From Lama guanicoe (Eukaryota), in NCBI GenBank assembly GCA_013239625.1, contig MU056050.1, positions 7,296,773 to 7,360,772 on the forward strand: a stretch of DNA of 64,000 bases, written 5' to 3'. The translations under genes and the position numbers were made by a program. Positions 11,969 to 25,899 of the stretch are shown here, in pieces. Numbering within the stretch: the stretch's first letter is position 1; every line of letters begins with the position of its first letter. The notes beneath the pieces were generated by a model. The model saw only the letters and a program-made list of their open reading frames with translations. It did no database searches and was not told the origin of the DNA.

Positions 11969-14809
11969 ACAGAGGAGGCTCAAGTCCCATATGCCTTCAG
12001 AATTAATCTTGTTTCCTTTGTTCTCCTGGGTCAATGCAGGTTATATTACTAGTTGCTGCTCTCCAAAGTTGGGACCAAAGTGGCTTGGAGACATCACTGG
12101 AATGTCCTATATTTTGCTACTTGGTTTGAGAGTTTTCTTACTTCATACTTGGAACATGCATTATATAGGGACAGCCTGCCCACCAAAGTGAACCCTAGAT
12201 CTCCCATAGATAAAGACATGGTTACAGACGTTCCCTATGTGACTCAAAAGGGTTGAAGAATTCACAACCACCAACTGCGTGACTCTAACTAGAACCAGAA
12301 AGCACAAAAGAATCAGTGCTCCCTATAGCTCACCAGTGTTAGCACAGTCCATAAAGCAGTTTTCTGAGGAGATGGATTATGAGAGTCTGTCAACAGGAAA
12401 GCTTTTAAGGAGTCTTAAAACGTTCAACAACAGCCTAATTTAGGAGTTTAAAAGACTTACATAGCTGAGGCAAAATACACATGGGGGAAAAAAGGAAGTT
12501 TTAGCTGAAGTTGGGCAGGCACTCCTACTCCCAGACAGCACCCCTGACTCCCAGAAGAGCAGTGTAACAAGGTTAACTATGTGGACTTAGTTCACGTGTT
12601 GTGGTTTCTTCAAGCACTTTACTTGACATAACCAATCTGTAAAGAATATTCCCTACCCCTTCTTTTCTCTTCAAAGTAAGGAGGGTTAAATTATTGCTTA
12701 CAAACACACACACAAACACATACACACACACCCCTGAAATGCCTCCAAATTGCATAGTTTCCAGATCACCTATTCCTGCTATCTAAAGTATTATTCAATC
12801 ACTTTTAATGGTCTGATCACTCTGAGGAAGTCACCTAAGAATAGACGTATTAAGTATAGGATCCAGGGAGCCAGAGCCAGATACTCAGGATTTGGGGTTA
12901 CAGCAGAGCTAGATGTCCTGAATTCCTCATCTGGGAAAATCTGACATATAGCACCGAATATTAATGATAGATTCTCAGGACACGCAGGCAGCCCAGGGCC
13001 CTCAACAACAGACCATTCAGAAGAGTGGAGAGTTCGCTAAGGTGGGTAAAAGGAAGAGGAAGCAGGAAAAGGTCTTTAAGACCTTTTCAAATTTTAGCGT
13101 TTCGAAGGTTCAAAAGGGAGTGAGGGGTTGGCGTCAAGGTGCTGGTTGAGGTGTGATCCAAGGGCAAAAAGGAGGATCAGAGAGTAAACACAGACGTGCT
13201 GCTGGTACTGTGGTTTCCATTTGACAGAGGCAGCTTAAGTAACTTGTTCAAGGTCCCTGCCAGTTATCTTCAAATTAAATTTACTCTTTCAGTTTCTGCT
13301 CTGATGTTATCCCACCATGCCACCCAGCTGCTCATGAAGCTGGTGCCTATTCATTTTCCTGAAGATTGAAGCAACTTAGAAATACTGTGTAGTATGTAGG
13401 TGTGAAATGGTTGCTTGAGTTCTCTGTGGAGATAGCAGAAATTTTAAGGTATGCAAACTGACTTCCCTAAAACTGCTAAGTGCCCAATTCTAAATAAATG
13501 GGGACAAGACATTCCAGCTGTTCCTGGCTAGCAGATTAGAGGCAGCCTTTCCAACTGAGAGAATGACACTAAAATTGCTATCACTACTTAAGAAGTTGCA
13601 AAAGTTAAACTTAAATGAACGGATGTAGAGGAAAGTGCAGTAAGAGGTGTGAAGACTTGGGGAAACCTGGCTTCTACTGTCAGCTCTGTCGCTAAGTTTA
13701 CCGTGTGATCTTGAATAAGTCACTTCCTATCTCTGGATGCCAGTTTCCTCACCTGTGAGATGAGGAGATTGGACTCCATAATCCCAAAAGGGTCTTTCAC
13801 CCCTCACATTTTATGATCCTGTAATTCCTGGTGGGTTTTCTCTCCTGACATTTATTTGCAAGGGCCATTCTGCCATCCGCACAGTTTAAGTTTTCAGTAA
13901 ATCACAGATGGTCTTAAATAAAATCTCCCCCTTGAAGAGAGGAAAAGAACAGGATGTTTATGCTGAAATGGCTCATGTCAGGTATGACCTTTTTAATTCA
14001 GAGCAGCTCTCTGGTGGTTCATTAACTCGCCCCATGGGCAGCACAGCAAGCAAGTCCTATTACAAAAGGCCCCAATAGTGCAGCCAGAGAAAGCTGCCCT
14101 ATTACCTAGTGAAAACAAAGTGGTTTCCTCTTTGTGCCCATACTGGTCAATTTTTAGATCAGGAACATACGATTCTATCACTGAAGGAATCCTGGCCAAC
14201 TCACAGAAACCCTGTGCCAAATCTAACACTTGCTTTGAGGACTAAGCTGGAGTCCTTTCTACAGGAAGTGATGGAATTACTTCTAAATAGTTGATAACTG
14301 TGGCTCTCTTTCCCAGATAATTAAAAATGCTTAGAAATTATAATATTCTAACAGCCCAGTTTTGCATAGTACTTAACATTTTACAACACATGACAATAAA
14401 TGGATTTTCTCATTTACATTTTCTTAACGAACCAATAAGGTGGAGAAAATAGGTATTATTATCCCCATTTATGAGATAAAGAAACTTGGGCTCAGAGAAT
14501 TTAAGGACTTGTCCCAGGTCTTGTGGTAAGTGTCTGAGCTGACAGTAGAACCCACATCTTGACTGCTTCAGTTAATTCACCAATACACTTTTTCAACTGT
14601 CCTGTTATACTATTAGGTGTTGTTAGGAGTGCAAGTTAAAGATAAGAGACTTCAGCACTGTGCCTAGATGTTGCAAAGTAATTTTACATTCATTTAAAGA
14701 CTTCTGGCATAGGTTTAATTTCTTATAATGGGAAGAGTGGTTAGGAGAACTCTGAGAAAATACACGTTACCCAATGAATTTAATTGATCATACATCTACT
14801 AGAGACAAA

Positions 14810-15210
14810 GCAAATATTTGTTGAACATCTATAAAACTGACCCTGTGTAAGGTGATATGGGGACAGTCAAAAATACGAAACATGATTCCTGACCTCAAAG
14901 AGTCATAAACACTAATAGTGTATAATAAAGTGCTAAATGTTGGAGTTGCAACAAGTACTGTAGGGGCACGGGGAGGGAAGTCAGTGAGGGAAGTCTTCAT
15001 GGAAAAAAATGGAATTTAATTAGGCATTTAAAGGATGGGTGCAATTTCACTGGAAGAGAGGAGGAAGAGGTAAAAGGGCAAGTGAAAGGTGTGGGAAGAG
15101 AACAGCATGAGCCAAACCAAAGGGTCAGGCATACATGAGACTGGACATCCGTGAGGATATTGATCTCAGTGGAGAGCAGTAGGGGGTGTCTGGTAAAGAT
15201 ACAGTTCATC
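14810..15210 (-). mobile_element. L2 LINE 3' fragment
   Basis: 'caaatatttgttgaacatcta...catgattcctgacctcaaagag...gtcagtgagggaagtcttcatgga'. Confidence 0.7.
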
Positions 15211-15289
15211 CTAAGTGTTCAGGCAGAGGGTTGTCTGCCTTTCACAGCATTCTATCTACTCATGAATAACCCGGCATTGAAGGTAAGAC

Positions 15290-15540
15290 ACAATGATGGT
15301 TAAGAGCTTTGGTTCTGGAGTCAGACTTTGGTTCTGGAGTCAGTCAGTCAGACTTTGAGTCCCAGGATTACTACTTACTTGCTGTATTATCCTGGGTTAA
15401 TTGATTAACTTCTTGGAGCTTAGTTTCCTCCTCTGTGAAATGGGGCTGTAATGCAGAGTCCATGATATAACACAGTGCATCAAGCACTCAGAAAAGTGTT
15501 GGCACATAGTAAGTGCTGTTAAATGGGAACTATAATAATG
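15290..15540 (+). mobile_element. MIR SINE containing a 19-bp tandem duplication
   Basis: 'tggttaagagctttggttctggagtcaga...gcttagtttcctcctctgtgaaatgggg...ggcacatagtaagtgct'. ctttggttctggagtcag repeated at 15307 and 15326. Confidence 0.85.
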
Positions 15541-16699
15541 GTGAGTCTCATTGAACAAGACTTCATTTTTATACCTTTGTTTAGTCTTTTCATATGGATA
15601 AATTAAAAAGCAAAAAGTGTTTTTGGTCCAGCCACTTATTTTAATTGTTTATTCAAGTTTTGATTTAAAAACCATGATGACCATGGTAGTGGGGCTATAG
15701 TGGGAGGTGGTATTGCATTGGAAAGTTAAGATCAGATCCTGCAGGAACTTCATGGTTGGTTTGAGGAGACTGCCCTCTGAGGTAAACATATACCCTCTGA
15801 CTAAGAAGGAGGAGCCAGAGGAATCAGTATAAGGGCACTTAGCCAACTGCCGGCAAAAGAGTTGCAAGCTTGCAAACTGCTCATCCTTACCTCCCTTCAC
15901 TCATCCATTTGACACTGGGCTCTTCTCACTTTCTCTAAAAAGCATTTCTTAAAGATATGGTATGTGGGGCACCTTTGCCTTCCCTCATATACTTTCTGAT
16001 GGATGGGGATTTTGGATTTGCATTTTGTCCTGGATGACCTGGGTTATAATCACTTTCTAATAAGGGGTCAGGGACATCTAAGCAAAGAGTCAGGTTCACT
16101 GAGGAGTAGTCTGAGAAACTCTAGAGAAGTAAATTCCTGGCTTGAGTGAAGCAGGAGGAAATAACAGGTGCCAACAATGATAAGCAACAGAATCCCAGAA
16201 AAGAGCAACTGTCACCTGAGTCTGGAAGGTCATGAATGTGGAGCACATTTTCAAAATAGGAGCCTAGGGACATTGCTGTAATTACCAACCAATGAGCCTC
16301 CCCTTAGTACCAGGAAAACAGATGGATACACTAATTAAAGGAGGATAGAGAGGGAGAGACAGAGAACAATGTAGTATTTAAATATGAGGAACTCAGGAGA
16401 GTCAAACTAGTTCTGTTTCTGATAAAGAAAATTATTCTTTTAACTCCAGGTAGCTCTAACCAATCCCCAGAAACCTATGCCAATTTAATTGTTTTCAAAT
16501 AGTTCTCATATATAATTTTCCTTGGTCCACGGTGGACTGCAGTGCTGCTTTTGAAGTAAAGAAAACTTGGGAAGCCACCCTTATGACCACATGTACCATC
16601 TCTCTTTATGTTTTCTCCCCTTTCTTTCTCAAAGGGAGGGGAAACAGATTTTTTTTTAAACGACAATTTGCTGAGCTTGTTGGCTATCATTGTTAAAGA

Positions 16700-18430
16700 A
16701 TGGCTTATTTAGCAGATGATTTACAAGCACTTAGGAAAGTAAGTGGTGACAGAATCTAGTGTAAGAACATGTCTGGATAAGTAAAGTTTTTTTTCTTTGA
16801 AAAAGATACTAGAATGATGACTTTACAGCAAATCTTTCACAATTGCTTTATAAAAAAGATGGATAAATATGGATCAGATGATAACTTAGTTATAGCTGTA
16901 CTCCTAGCTGGTTGAAGAGTTGTGCTCAAAGAGTAGTGATGAATGGACTGACCACAATTTGGAAGGAGGTCTTTAATAGTTGCTATAGGTCTCTCTACAT
17001 TCCTGTGGCCTGTGCAATATTTTAATCTGATTTTTGAATGAAGGTATAACTGACTTGCTTGTTACAACCTTGATAAGACAAAGCTGGAGAGTATACTTAA
17101 CTTACTTGATGACAGAAATGAGCTTCAAAAATAGACACCACCATTTATTGAGTATCTTCTAGGCACTACTGTACATAAGCTAACTGTTAAAATCTTAAAG
17201 CCACAGAAAACCAAGGCTTAGAGATGTTTTAAGTAGCTTGTCCAAAGCTACACAGCTAGTATATGGCATTGCTAGGATTTAAACCCTAATCTGCCTGCTA
17301 TTAAAGCTCATGCTCTTTTTCATACACTATACTGCCAGACACTACCATACATTGTCTTGACAAACTAGAGTAGAATATGATACCTTCTGAAGATAGGACA
17401 GAACTCAGTAGAGGCTGAAAGCTCTGGGAAACAAGAAAGAAACAGACCACATGATTCACTATGGCTTTCATGAAGGATCAGAGTGGTGCTAAGGTGATGG
17501 TGAAAACCAGCACTTGGACTAATAAATTGCTGAGACTATTCTGAGCCAGAAGACAGTGAATATCACTTCTTCCTGGCTCTGTTATTCTATCTGTCTTTAC
17601 TTATGAAAGGAAAGTGGCTAGAATGATGAACCCAAAGTTATGATAATGGAATGTAATATGGGAAAAAATGGAGGGTGGCCATAGAAGAACTGAATGGAGG
17701 AAATATGACTTTACTGTAACTTATGTTACAAAGATCTAGAGGAATAGCCTGCAACTTGAATATGAGATAACAATAGGAAACAGCTTCCAGAAAAGCAGAT
17801 ATAACTCAGGCTGTATTAATAGAAACCTAATTAAGTGAATTCTAGAGTCTGAGAAGTAACAGACACACTGTTTTCTGCTCTGGCCACTGTGTTCTGTTGT
17901 GATGGGCAGGTAATAAAAGCAACATTGAGACATCACCAGAGAGAAGTGACTGGGGTGAAGTGTTTGGAAACCATCTCTTGTGAGGTAAAACTTGAGGTAA
18001 AAACTTGAGAGCATTGGAGATGTATTCAAATATTTAAAACACCATCATGTGGAAAAAAGATTACATTTGGTCTGATATGTTTTATAGTACAAAGCTAGGA
18101 CCCAGGAGTCAGCTTACAGTTCAATATAAGAAATAAATTCCGAATAATTAGAGTGAACTGTGGAGTGATAATAGGTAGCATTTAGGTACCCACACTGTAG
18201 TCTGCTGCTGACATACTTTCTCATGGGATCCCCCACAAGAACCCATGAGGCCATAGAGAGGGGACTGTTTACATTGTAAAGATGTGATCTTAAAATCAAT
18301 TAGACTATTTAGACACAAGCTAGATGAATGCATGTCAGAAATGTGTCATATGTAATTTTGTATTGAGGTGAAAGGGTAGGGGGTAGGAGCTGAATCAGAT
18401 GACTGTGTGAGGTCTTGTCTAATCTAAGAC
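16700..18430 (+). mobile_element. L3/CR1 LINE (degenerate RT region to 3' end), interrupted by a MIR (about 17140-17335)
   Basis: 'agctggttgaagagttgtgctcaaagagtagtgatgaatgg...tggaaggaggtc...gacaaagctggagag...gatgacagaaatgagcttcaaaa' follows the CR1 WL..RxQRVV.NG...DDTKL pattern. Confidence 0.7.
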
Positions 18431-18869
18431 TCAGTAAATTTTCTATTTTATCTGTCTTCAACTTTATAATATTAAATACTGTAATCTGATGGTCCAAATA
18501 AAGAATTTTGAGTTCTTCATAAGATTGCTGCTATGTGTCTGTGTGTCTATATGCACACACACACATACATTTATTTTTTCAAATCATACACACACCAGGG
18601 TTTGTGGAGAAAGATAGGGATACCATCAGGATATGTGGAGGCTTCAAATAATTTGGAATCCTAACCATACTCAATCTAATATTTAAGCCCATGCAATAAA
18701 GTGAGAAAGCAGAATATGCTGCATTTGTCATGGGCAGGAATTGAAACATACATCACAATTTCAAAAACAGACACTGAGAAAAATTTAGAAAATGTAAATT
18801 TCAAAAAGATTTCATCTCAATTACTGCATCAGAGGATGATTTTCTTGCTCTGTCTTTGTGGAGCATAGA

Positions 18870-19125
18870 CATAATAATAATTTTTAGGCCCCTAATTCGA
18901 CTTTGTGTCCATCACTATGCTAGAGGATTTCAGTGTATTACCTTATTTAATCCTTGCAATGACTTGACAAGGTTGGTATAAAGATATTATTTCTATTTTA
19001 AAGTTGAGGAAACAGAGTCTCAAAGAGAAGCAATTAATCCAAGATCACATAGTTAGGACATAGCAGTGCCAGGATTTGAACCCAGGTATTTTTGACTTCA
19101 TATTGTCTCCTATACTAAATCAATA
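18870..19125 (-). mobile_element. MIR SINE
   Basis: 'ttttaaagttgaggaaacagagtctc...caagatcacatagttag...ccaggatttgaacccagg'. Confidence 0.8.
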
Positions 19126-22100
19126 CCTTCTTTACCTTTTCTTTTCTCTGTTAACCCAAAGTGTAAAGTATAGCACAAATGGTAATGGCTATCACTAGTA
19201 AACAACCGTAACATACAACATCCAGATTCACACGATCCCTGCCTTGAAAAAACTTTGTATTATAACAGAAAGCTTGGTCTCTGCACAGGTTGGGGGAAAT
19301 CTGGGGACTCCTGGCCTGTTCTCTAGGCTTGATTTTAAGATCAGAAGAATGTGCTTGAACTATTGGAGGAAGAAGGCACAGTAAAAGGTGCTCCTCTATT
19401 GCTTGCAACCTAGATTCTAAATTGCTAAGAAACGAGAAAGCTGGGAGCTCAAGCAATCCATGTGATATCACTTATTTGCTTATTCACTATATGCAGAACG
19501 TTGCAATGGCTACTGTATGGAGATCCAGAGGAAGGAGAAGGACCGAGTTCCTTCCATGGGGAAGCTCCCAGGTAAAGGGTGCCATTAATGAAGATTCTAA
19601 AGCAATGCAGTGAATTTCCTGATCAGTCTAAGATCTACTGCTGTAAAAGTAGTCATCTTTTGATGGAGCTGCATGCTCACCATCCCTCCTGCATTAGTAT
19701 AAATGAATTAAGTTTAGAGAAAAGTCCTGAGTTGAACTGGTTCTTAAGTAAGGATTTAAAGAGTGGAGGCAAAAGATGGCAATGAAGTACTAAAGACTGC
19801 CAGGAAAGAAGATTTGGTTGGCCAGCTCCAGCTTTAAGCCCTTTTTCAGAACCTGTCATTTGTTCTCCACAGCCTGTGATGAATTATAACCCTGAATCAA
19901 ACAGACCACAAGTTCTCACTTCTGAGAAGGCATCAGTGGTGTGAAGAGAAATTGCTACTGTGACAATTCAAGCAATTGGTGAAAGGCCAGTGCATTTCCC
20001 AGCTTACACGTTCCTCTTAAGCTTCCCGTTAGTGAGAGTCGATGGGCTTGCAGCAGACACTGTTTGTACTCACCATTTTTCCCATCCAGACAGAACGCTC
20101 CAGGAACAAATACAGAATCATGAACTTGAGGCTCATCTGTAGTCTGACATAGCTTTATTTCCCTAGTGGACTAAAGTGTAACTACGTCACTGCCAACACA
20201 AGAATCCTCATAAATTCACAGCTTCATCTTTCTTTATATTGGGACCTTGTTTCTTGCCTTCTCTTATGTTTTAGTTAAGATGCCCTCCTTGTTTTAGGTG
20301 CTGAGGATAGTACTGTAGTAGCTGCAAACCAGTTCTTGGTGTCTACTAGAGGCCAGATTTCTTTCTGCCTTAATTAGCACTGCCTTTAAATATCCCTACC
20401 ATCATCTCCAACTTGATATGGACCTGGGATCCCCATTTCCCTCTAACAAGGATCTCCCATTGCCAAAACTGCCTAACCACAAGGGAAAGAACAATTAAAC
20501 TAGTCTCCAAGCATGAAGAAATCCTACATCCAACCAGCTGATGAGGAATTCAAAAGTGAGACTACGGTCTATTCAAGGGAGAGTGGGGAAGATGATTACA
20601 TTTTTTCCCTTATCCCCAGCCCCAAACTAAGCTGGGTGGTTGTGTCCACGAGGGACAGGCACGGGAACAGACAGAATAAGGGCTCCTATGAGGGTCTTTG
20701 CTCTCTATCACAATGGAACAGCTGTGTGCAAGCCCGAGATGAGTAAACATCTGGAGGCTAGGAGGTCAGTTAAAAAGCTATTCGAGTGAAACATAGGCTA
20801 GTGACAGTGAAAATGTAAAAGGAGTACTATTCATGCTTATCTCTCATTCAAATATTAACTGAAATATGTAGAAGGAGACTGGTGCCATGGAGTCGATAAA
20901 GTTGTTTGACAGTGGCACCTAGCACCATCAAACCCAAGCTCTTAAGTTTTAGCGGAAGGGTGATTTGAGACATTTTCCTTTGCCAGGGTGGCAGGGAAGT
21001 GAGGTTATGAAAAATATCTGTGAATCACAAATTAATTATTCTAAATGAAGCTCTTGTAAGTTACATGTGGTATTAGAATGTATAATCTCCTAGCAGACAA
21101 GGGACAAGTCTACCATGTTTCTGGGTTTTTTCCCGATACACCTAAAACAGCAATTAGCACTTAGCAGAGAACTTGAATTCCCCTAAACCTATTTATATAG
21201 GCAATAGCCTTTCAAATGAAAGAGACAGAACTATAAAAGACTTTGGAATCTATTCCCAGCTTAAGACCCTTTCAATACTAAGAGTTTCAACTCATTTGCA
21301 GAATTTAATTCCTCTGTTCAACCTTGTAATAGTCCATGCAGATAAAAGGAGTCCAAGTGTCCCCGGTTTCAGCAGAATATCGATTTCTATCTCCCTGAAT
21401 TTACTTTTGAGTTTCACCCCTCAGGTGACTCCAGACTGTGTAGAGATGACCTGTTTTGAGACACAAAGCAGCTCTAAGCTGTGGGCCTAGTGCCCCTGGA
21501 GCAGGGCTTTTCAAAGAGCTTCTGTGCTGAGCAAGCTCTTTGCACACTGCAATTAGGCTCAACCAGCAGACAAACCATTCCCCATCCTATGTGTCTTCTG
21601 ATAACAGAGATTTGCAGCAATGTGTACCAGACTTGGAGTATTACTCAGATCTACCAAGTCCCTAATTTAAGAAAGTGGCTCTGATTGAGTTTGGAATCTT
21701 CAATGTCTTTGGACAGATGTATTTATTCAACATGCGGAGTCCTGTGGACAATTCAGATTCTAGCTCAGGCTGTAGCCTCTATTTAAGAAGGCCTGCAGAC
21801 AATAACCAAAGATTAGAAACAAATGTGGAATGATGTAGTTACAGGAAAATGCTCATTAGGCTCTTGTTTCCCCCAAAGTTGTGAAAATTCAGAAAAACCA
21901 CCACAAAGGGCACAGAAGGTTGGTGCTGCAAAGGCAGAGTGCATATTATGTACATCACTACACATCTGGTGGGTATGCCATCTATCCCAGTTTCCAAAGA
22001 GAACTGAATGAGGAATCAAGAGGCCATAATTCTACTGAGTCACTTCTTTCTGAGCTAATAATAGGAGCTAACATATTAAACATCTATTATGTGCCAGAAA

Positions 22101-23933
22101 CTGTGGTAAACACACTACTCTTTACTTATATTATCTCATTTATTTCTTCATGACCATCCTATAAATCCTACACTCTTCACCATTTTACATGAAGCACAAA
22201 CATTTGCTGAACATAACAGGATACACAGAGCCCAGGTTAGCCTGATGCCTAACCTCTTTGTATCATTGCCTGTCTTCCACACTAAACTCCCTACTCCCTG
22301 GGCTACATTATTGCCACTCTTTCCTCGTTTCCTCACTTATGAATGGATTCGTGGACTGCATGATCCTAGAACCTTCTTAATCCTAAAAATCCAGTAATTA
22401 CATAAAGAGTGAGAGGAAAATCACTATCTTTTTCCAGGTAAGTGTGGATACAGTTCCAGTAGACAGCATTCCAACTAGGATCTTAAGTCATATGCTGTGT
22501 AACTTTTTCTCCTGCAAACGTCAGGTGTTTGATGCCCTGGAGGACTGACTTTCCTGTTCATCTCTAGATAGGGTGAGTGGCCTCCACAATGCAGGCTGGG
22601 GAACTTTCCAGGAGACCAGTCCACTTCTGCTCCGTGCACCCCACCTTAGCACAACACAAACCATGCAGGCACCCTCTCACTCTCTAGTTACTTCAGGCCA
22701 AATGACAAATGGTTCTAGGAGGAAGGCTGAGCTGGTCTTTAGCATCTAGCTCATGTTCCACAGCTTTCTCCTTCTGGGCAGGAGCTCGGCTGACTAAAAT
22801 TACCCGAGATTCTGGAGCAACAAAAAGGCCACCTCCGGAACCCATCTTACTTATCTGCATATTGTTTATACAGGTGGGGGCAGCAGTATCAGATGCCAGT
22901 CATAATTAAGAAAAAGCCAGAAGTCCCTTGAAGACACTTAAGGTGAAATGCTTACAGGAAGAAGAGAAGTTTCCCCTAGATTTTTCATTTAAAAAAACCC
23001 AAAAATAATATTAAACTCCTTGGAGCTACAGCTGAATATTAAATAGAAACATCTTAGAAAAACTTGCCTGAGAGCTATATGAATTCTAAACTATGAAAAC
23101 AAGACACTCGATAGAAAAGTGTAAAAGAGAAAAGCGGTAAGTTTGCTTTATCAAAGAAACAAAGCATTTTCCTCCAGGGAGGAAGGAAGCATGATGGGAA
23201 ATCTGCAAACAATGGACTTCTGAGAGATTTTGTGTGTTTGCTTAAAAACAAAATAACAACAACCCAAACCCTACAGTATTGACAAAGAGATGCTCACAAT
23301 ATTGGCATGGGACAAGTGTTCTCCTACCTAATAGCCCATGGACCCTGGGGTGTTTTCAACAGGCAAAGGAGTTCAGACTCCATCCCATTCCCAGCATGAT
23401 TTGAATCTTCTCCCAAATATCTACCATGTTCAAGGCACCTTGTGAAAATTCCTCCCTGTTGTCCCCCATCTAAGGCTAAACAATGAAGGGCATTTGTGGT
23501 GGTGATGGTGGGGGGGATTGGGGTGAGGCATGAGGGGTGCTTCTCTGTTTATTTTGCAATTTGTTTCTCTGCCTGTATTTTTGTCTGTCTCTGTCAGATG
23601 GCTGTTTTTCTGTTTGTTGTTGTTCTGTTTCTCTGTCTCCCTGTTTCTCTGTTAGTCTCCCCGCCTGTCCGTGCCTCTTTCTCTCTTCCTGTCTGTCCTT
23701 TTCTGTCTTGTCACTCTCTCTGTCTGCCTACCTTCTTGCTTCATGGCTCTGTATGTTTCTCTTTCTCAGGTTCTGTCTGTCTGTTAATATGTCTTTACCT
23801 GTTGCTCTGACTGTCGGTCTCCATCCTGCATTCTTTCTCTCTCAATCTCTCTCTCTTCTCTTGCTCTCTCTCCATCCCTCCCTCCCTCTGCCTGCCTGCA
23901 TCTCACTTTGTCTCTCTATTGGTCTGTTTCTGG

Positions 23934-24409
23934 TGTGAACAAAAAATAATGCAATCCATATCAGTAAACAAACAATGCTGTGGCCATGAAGTCATCAGCT
24001 GCTACCTCCAGGATGCTGACCATCAGGCAGCCTGGCCTCTGCAGCCACCCCCAACTAAGGGTATATTCTCAGAATAAGAAAGGGCCCTAGATAGCTAGGT
24101 GCTCGTCAAAAGAATGATATGAATGAGCCCAGACATTAGCTCCCTCCCACACATAGAAAAGCGCTAAATTCTTTAACTTGAGATGTCTGATTTTCTTTAG
24201 GTAACAGTAATCTTTTAATGTTCTGATTACCTGGTCTTTGTTGTGAAACTCCTATACATCCTGGATCCTCTCCTACCTCTTCGGAACAGTCCCTCAGAGC
24301 AATCTGAGAGGCTGTCATCCTGGGCTTGAAGGGGTTTGAGTCCTCAGAAGTGTCTGCCGAATAAAACATAACTCTCAAGTTTTAGATTGTGCATTTATTT
24401 CAGTCGACA
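23934..24409 (+). mobile_element. Solo ERV1-type LTR (476 bp)
   Basis: TGTGAAC...GTCGACA termini, AATAAA at about 24360, perfect 4-bp TSD ctgg (23930-23933 and 24410-24413). Confidence 0.9.
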
Positions 24410-25899
24410 CTGGTTTTGACTGCCTGCCTTCTATTCTGTCTTTGTCTCTTACCAATGACCTCTGACCATCTCTTTCTATTTTCTTTCTTTCTCTCTGAAT
24501 ATCTGTCTCTGTCTAATTGCCCATGTCTGGTTCTCAGTCTGTCTGTCTGTCTTTTGGTCTCTTTGGTGCTATATGGCTGCCTTCCTGTCCCTTTGTCAGT
24601 CTCTCTGCCACTCTGTGCTTCTCTTTCTGTTCATTTGCTTGTCTCTGTTCTCTGTCTCTGCCAATTCTTAGTCATTCTGTAACTGTATTATGTCTCTTTT
24701 TGTTTCTCTTTGTCAATTTCTTTCTATACCTGTCTGTCTGTCTGTCTCTCGGTGCTCTGGCTATCTGTCCGATCTGTCAGCCTGTCTCTTCATTACCCTG
24801 TTTCTGTCTGTCTGCTTGTTTCTTTGATTGTCTGCATGTATTTATATCAGTTTGAACTTCTGTCTCTTTGTCTATCTGACTATTTCTCTCTCTTCCTCTG
24901 TCTGTACCTGACTGTCTCTCTGCCTCTTTTTGTTTCTGTTTCTCTCTCCATAGGTCTCTCTGTCTTGCTGTTTCTCTCTCAGCTCTTCCATTTCTTGTCT
25001 TTTGTCAGTATTCCTTTGTCTGTCTTTCTGTCTGCCTGCCTGTCTGCCTCTGCCAGTCTCTTCTCTGTCTCTGCTTGTCTGTTGCTCTCTCTCTCTTTCT
25101 TCCCAATGGCCTGTCTCTGTCTCTGTCCCTGTTAGTTTTCTTTTTCTCTCTCCTTCTCTCTGTGTCTGTTTCCCTCTGTCTGTGTCCTATGCTGTGTATC
25201 TCCCCACATTAGTCCCTCTCTCTGTTTTCTCCTCTTTGCATATACCTGTTCTGTTTATCTCCATGTCTTTAGACTCTATTTGTGCCTCTGTTTTTGTCAC
25301 TATCTCACTCCATGTCTTTCTCCTTCTGTCTGCCTGCCTGCCTGCTTATCTGTGTACCTATCTGTTATCTGACTGTCTGTCTGTGTTTACCTTTCCCTCT
25401 AATAGTTTGTCTATCCGTCTGGCTCTCTGTTTCTCAGGCTATCTTCTGTCTCTCTTTCTGTCACTTTGTCTATTATCTCTGTCTGTCTTTTTTTCTCTGT
25501 GTCTCTTTCTCTGTCTCTCTCTTTCTTGGTCTCGCTTTTTTTCTCTGTCTCTGTCTCCTCTCTCTTTTTATTGAGGTGAGATTCACATACCATAAAAATT
25601 AACCATTTTAAAGTGAACAGTTCAGTAGTATTTAATACAGTCATAATGTTGTACAACCACCACCTCTATCTAGCCCCCAAATATTCATATCACCACAAAA
25701 GGAGAGCCCGTACTCATTAAGCAGTTGCTCCCCATTTCCCCTGGCAACCACCAATTTGCTTTCTGTTTCTATAGATCTGCCTATTCTGGACATTACATAT
25801 AAATGGAATCATACAACCTGTGAAATCGTGAGTCTGGCTTCTTCCACTTAGCATGTTTTCAAGGTTCATCTACATTGTAGCATGTATCGGTATTTCACT

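Noticed and set aside
15248..15282. 35-nt plus-strand exon-like unit (tttcacAG...AAG|GTAAGA)
   Set aside because: Sandwiched between L2 and MIR with no partner exons; pseudo-exons of this kind are common.
19151..19471. 106-aa ORF with a C-terminal transmembrane-like tail
   Set aside because: GTG start, the 3' part resembles an L2 3' end (caaggcagggatcgtgtg), and no phase-compatible upstream exon was found.
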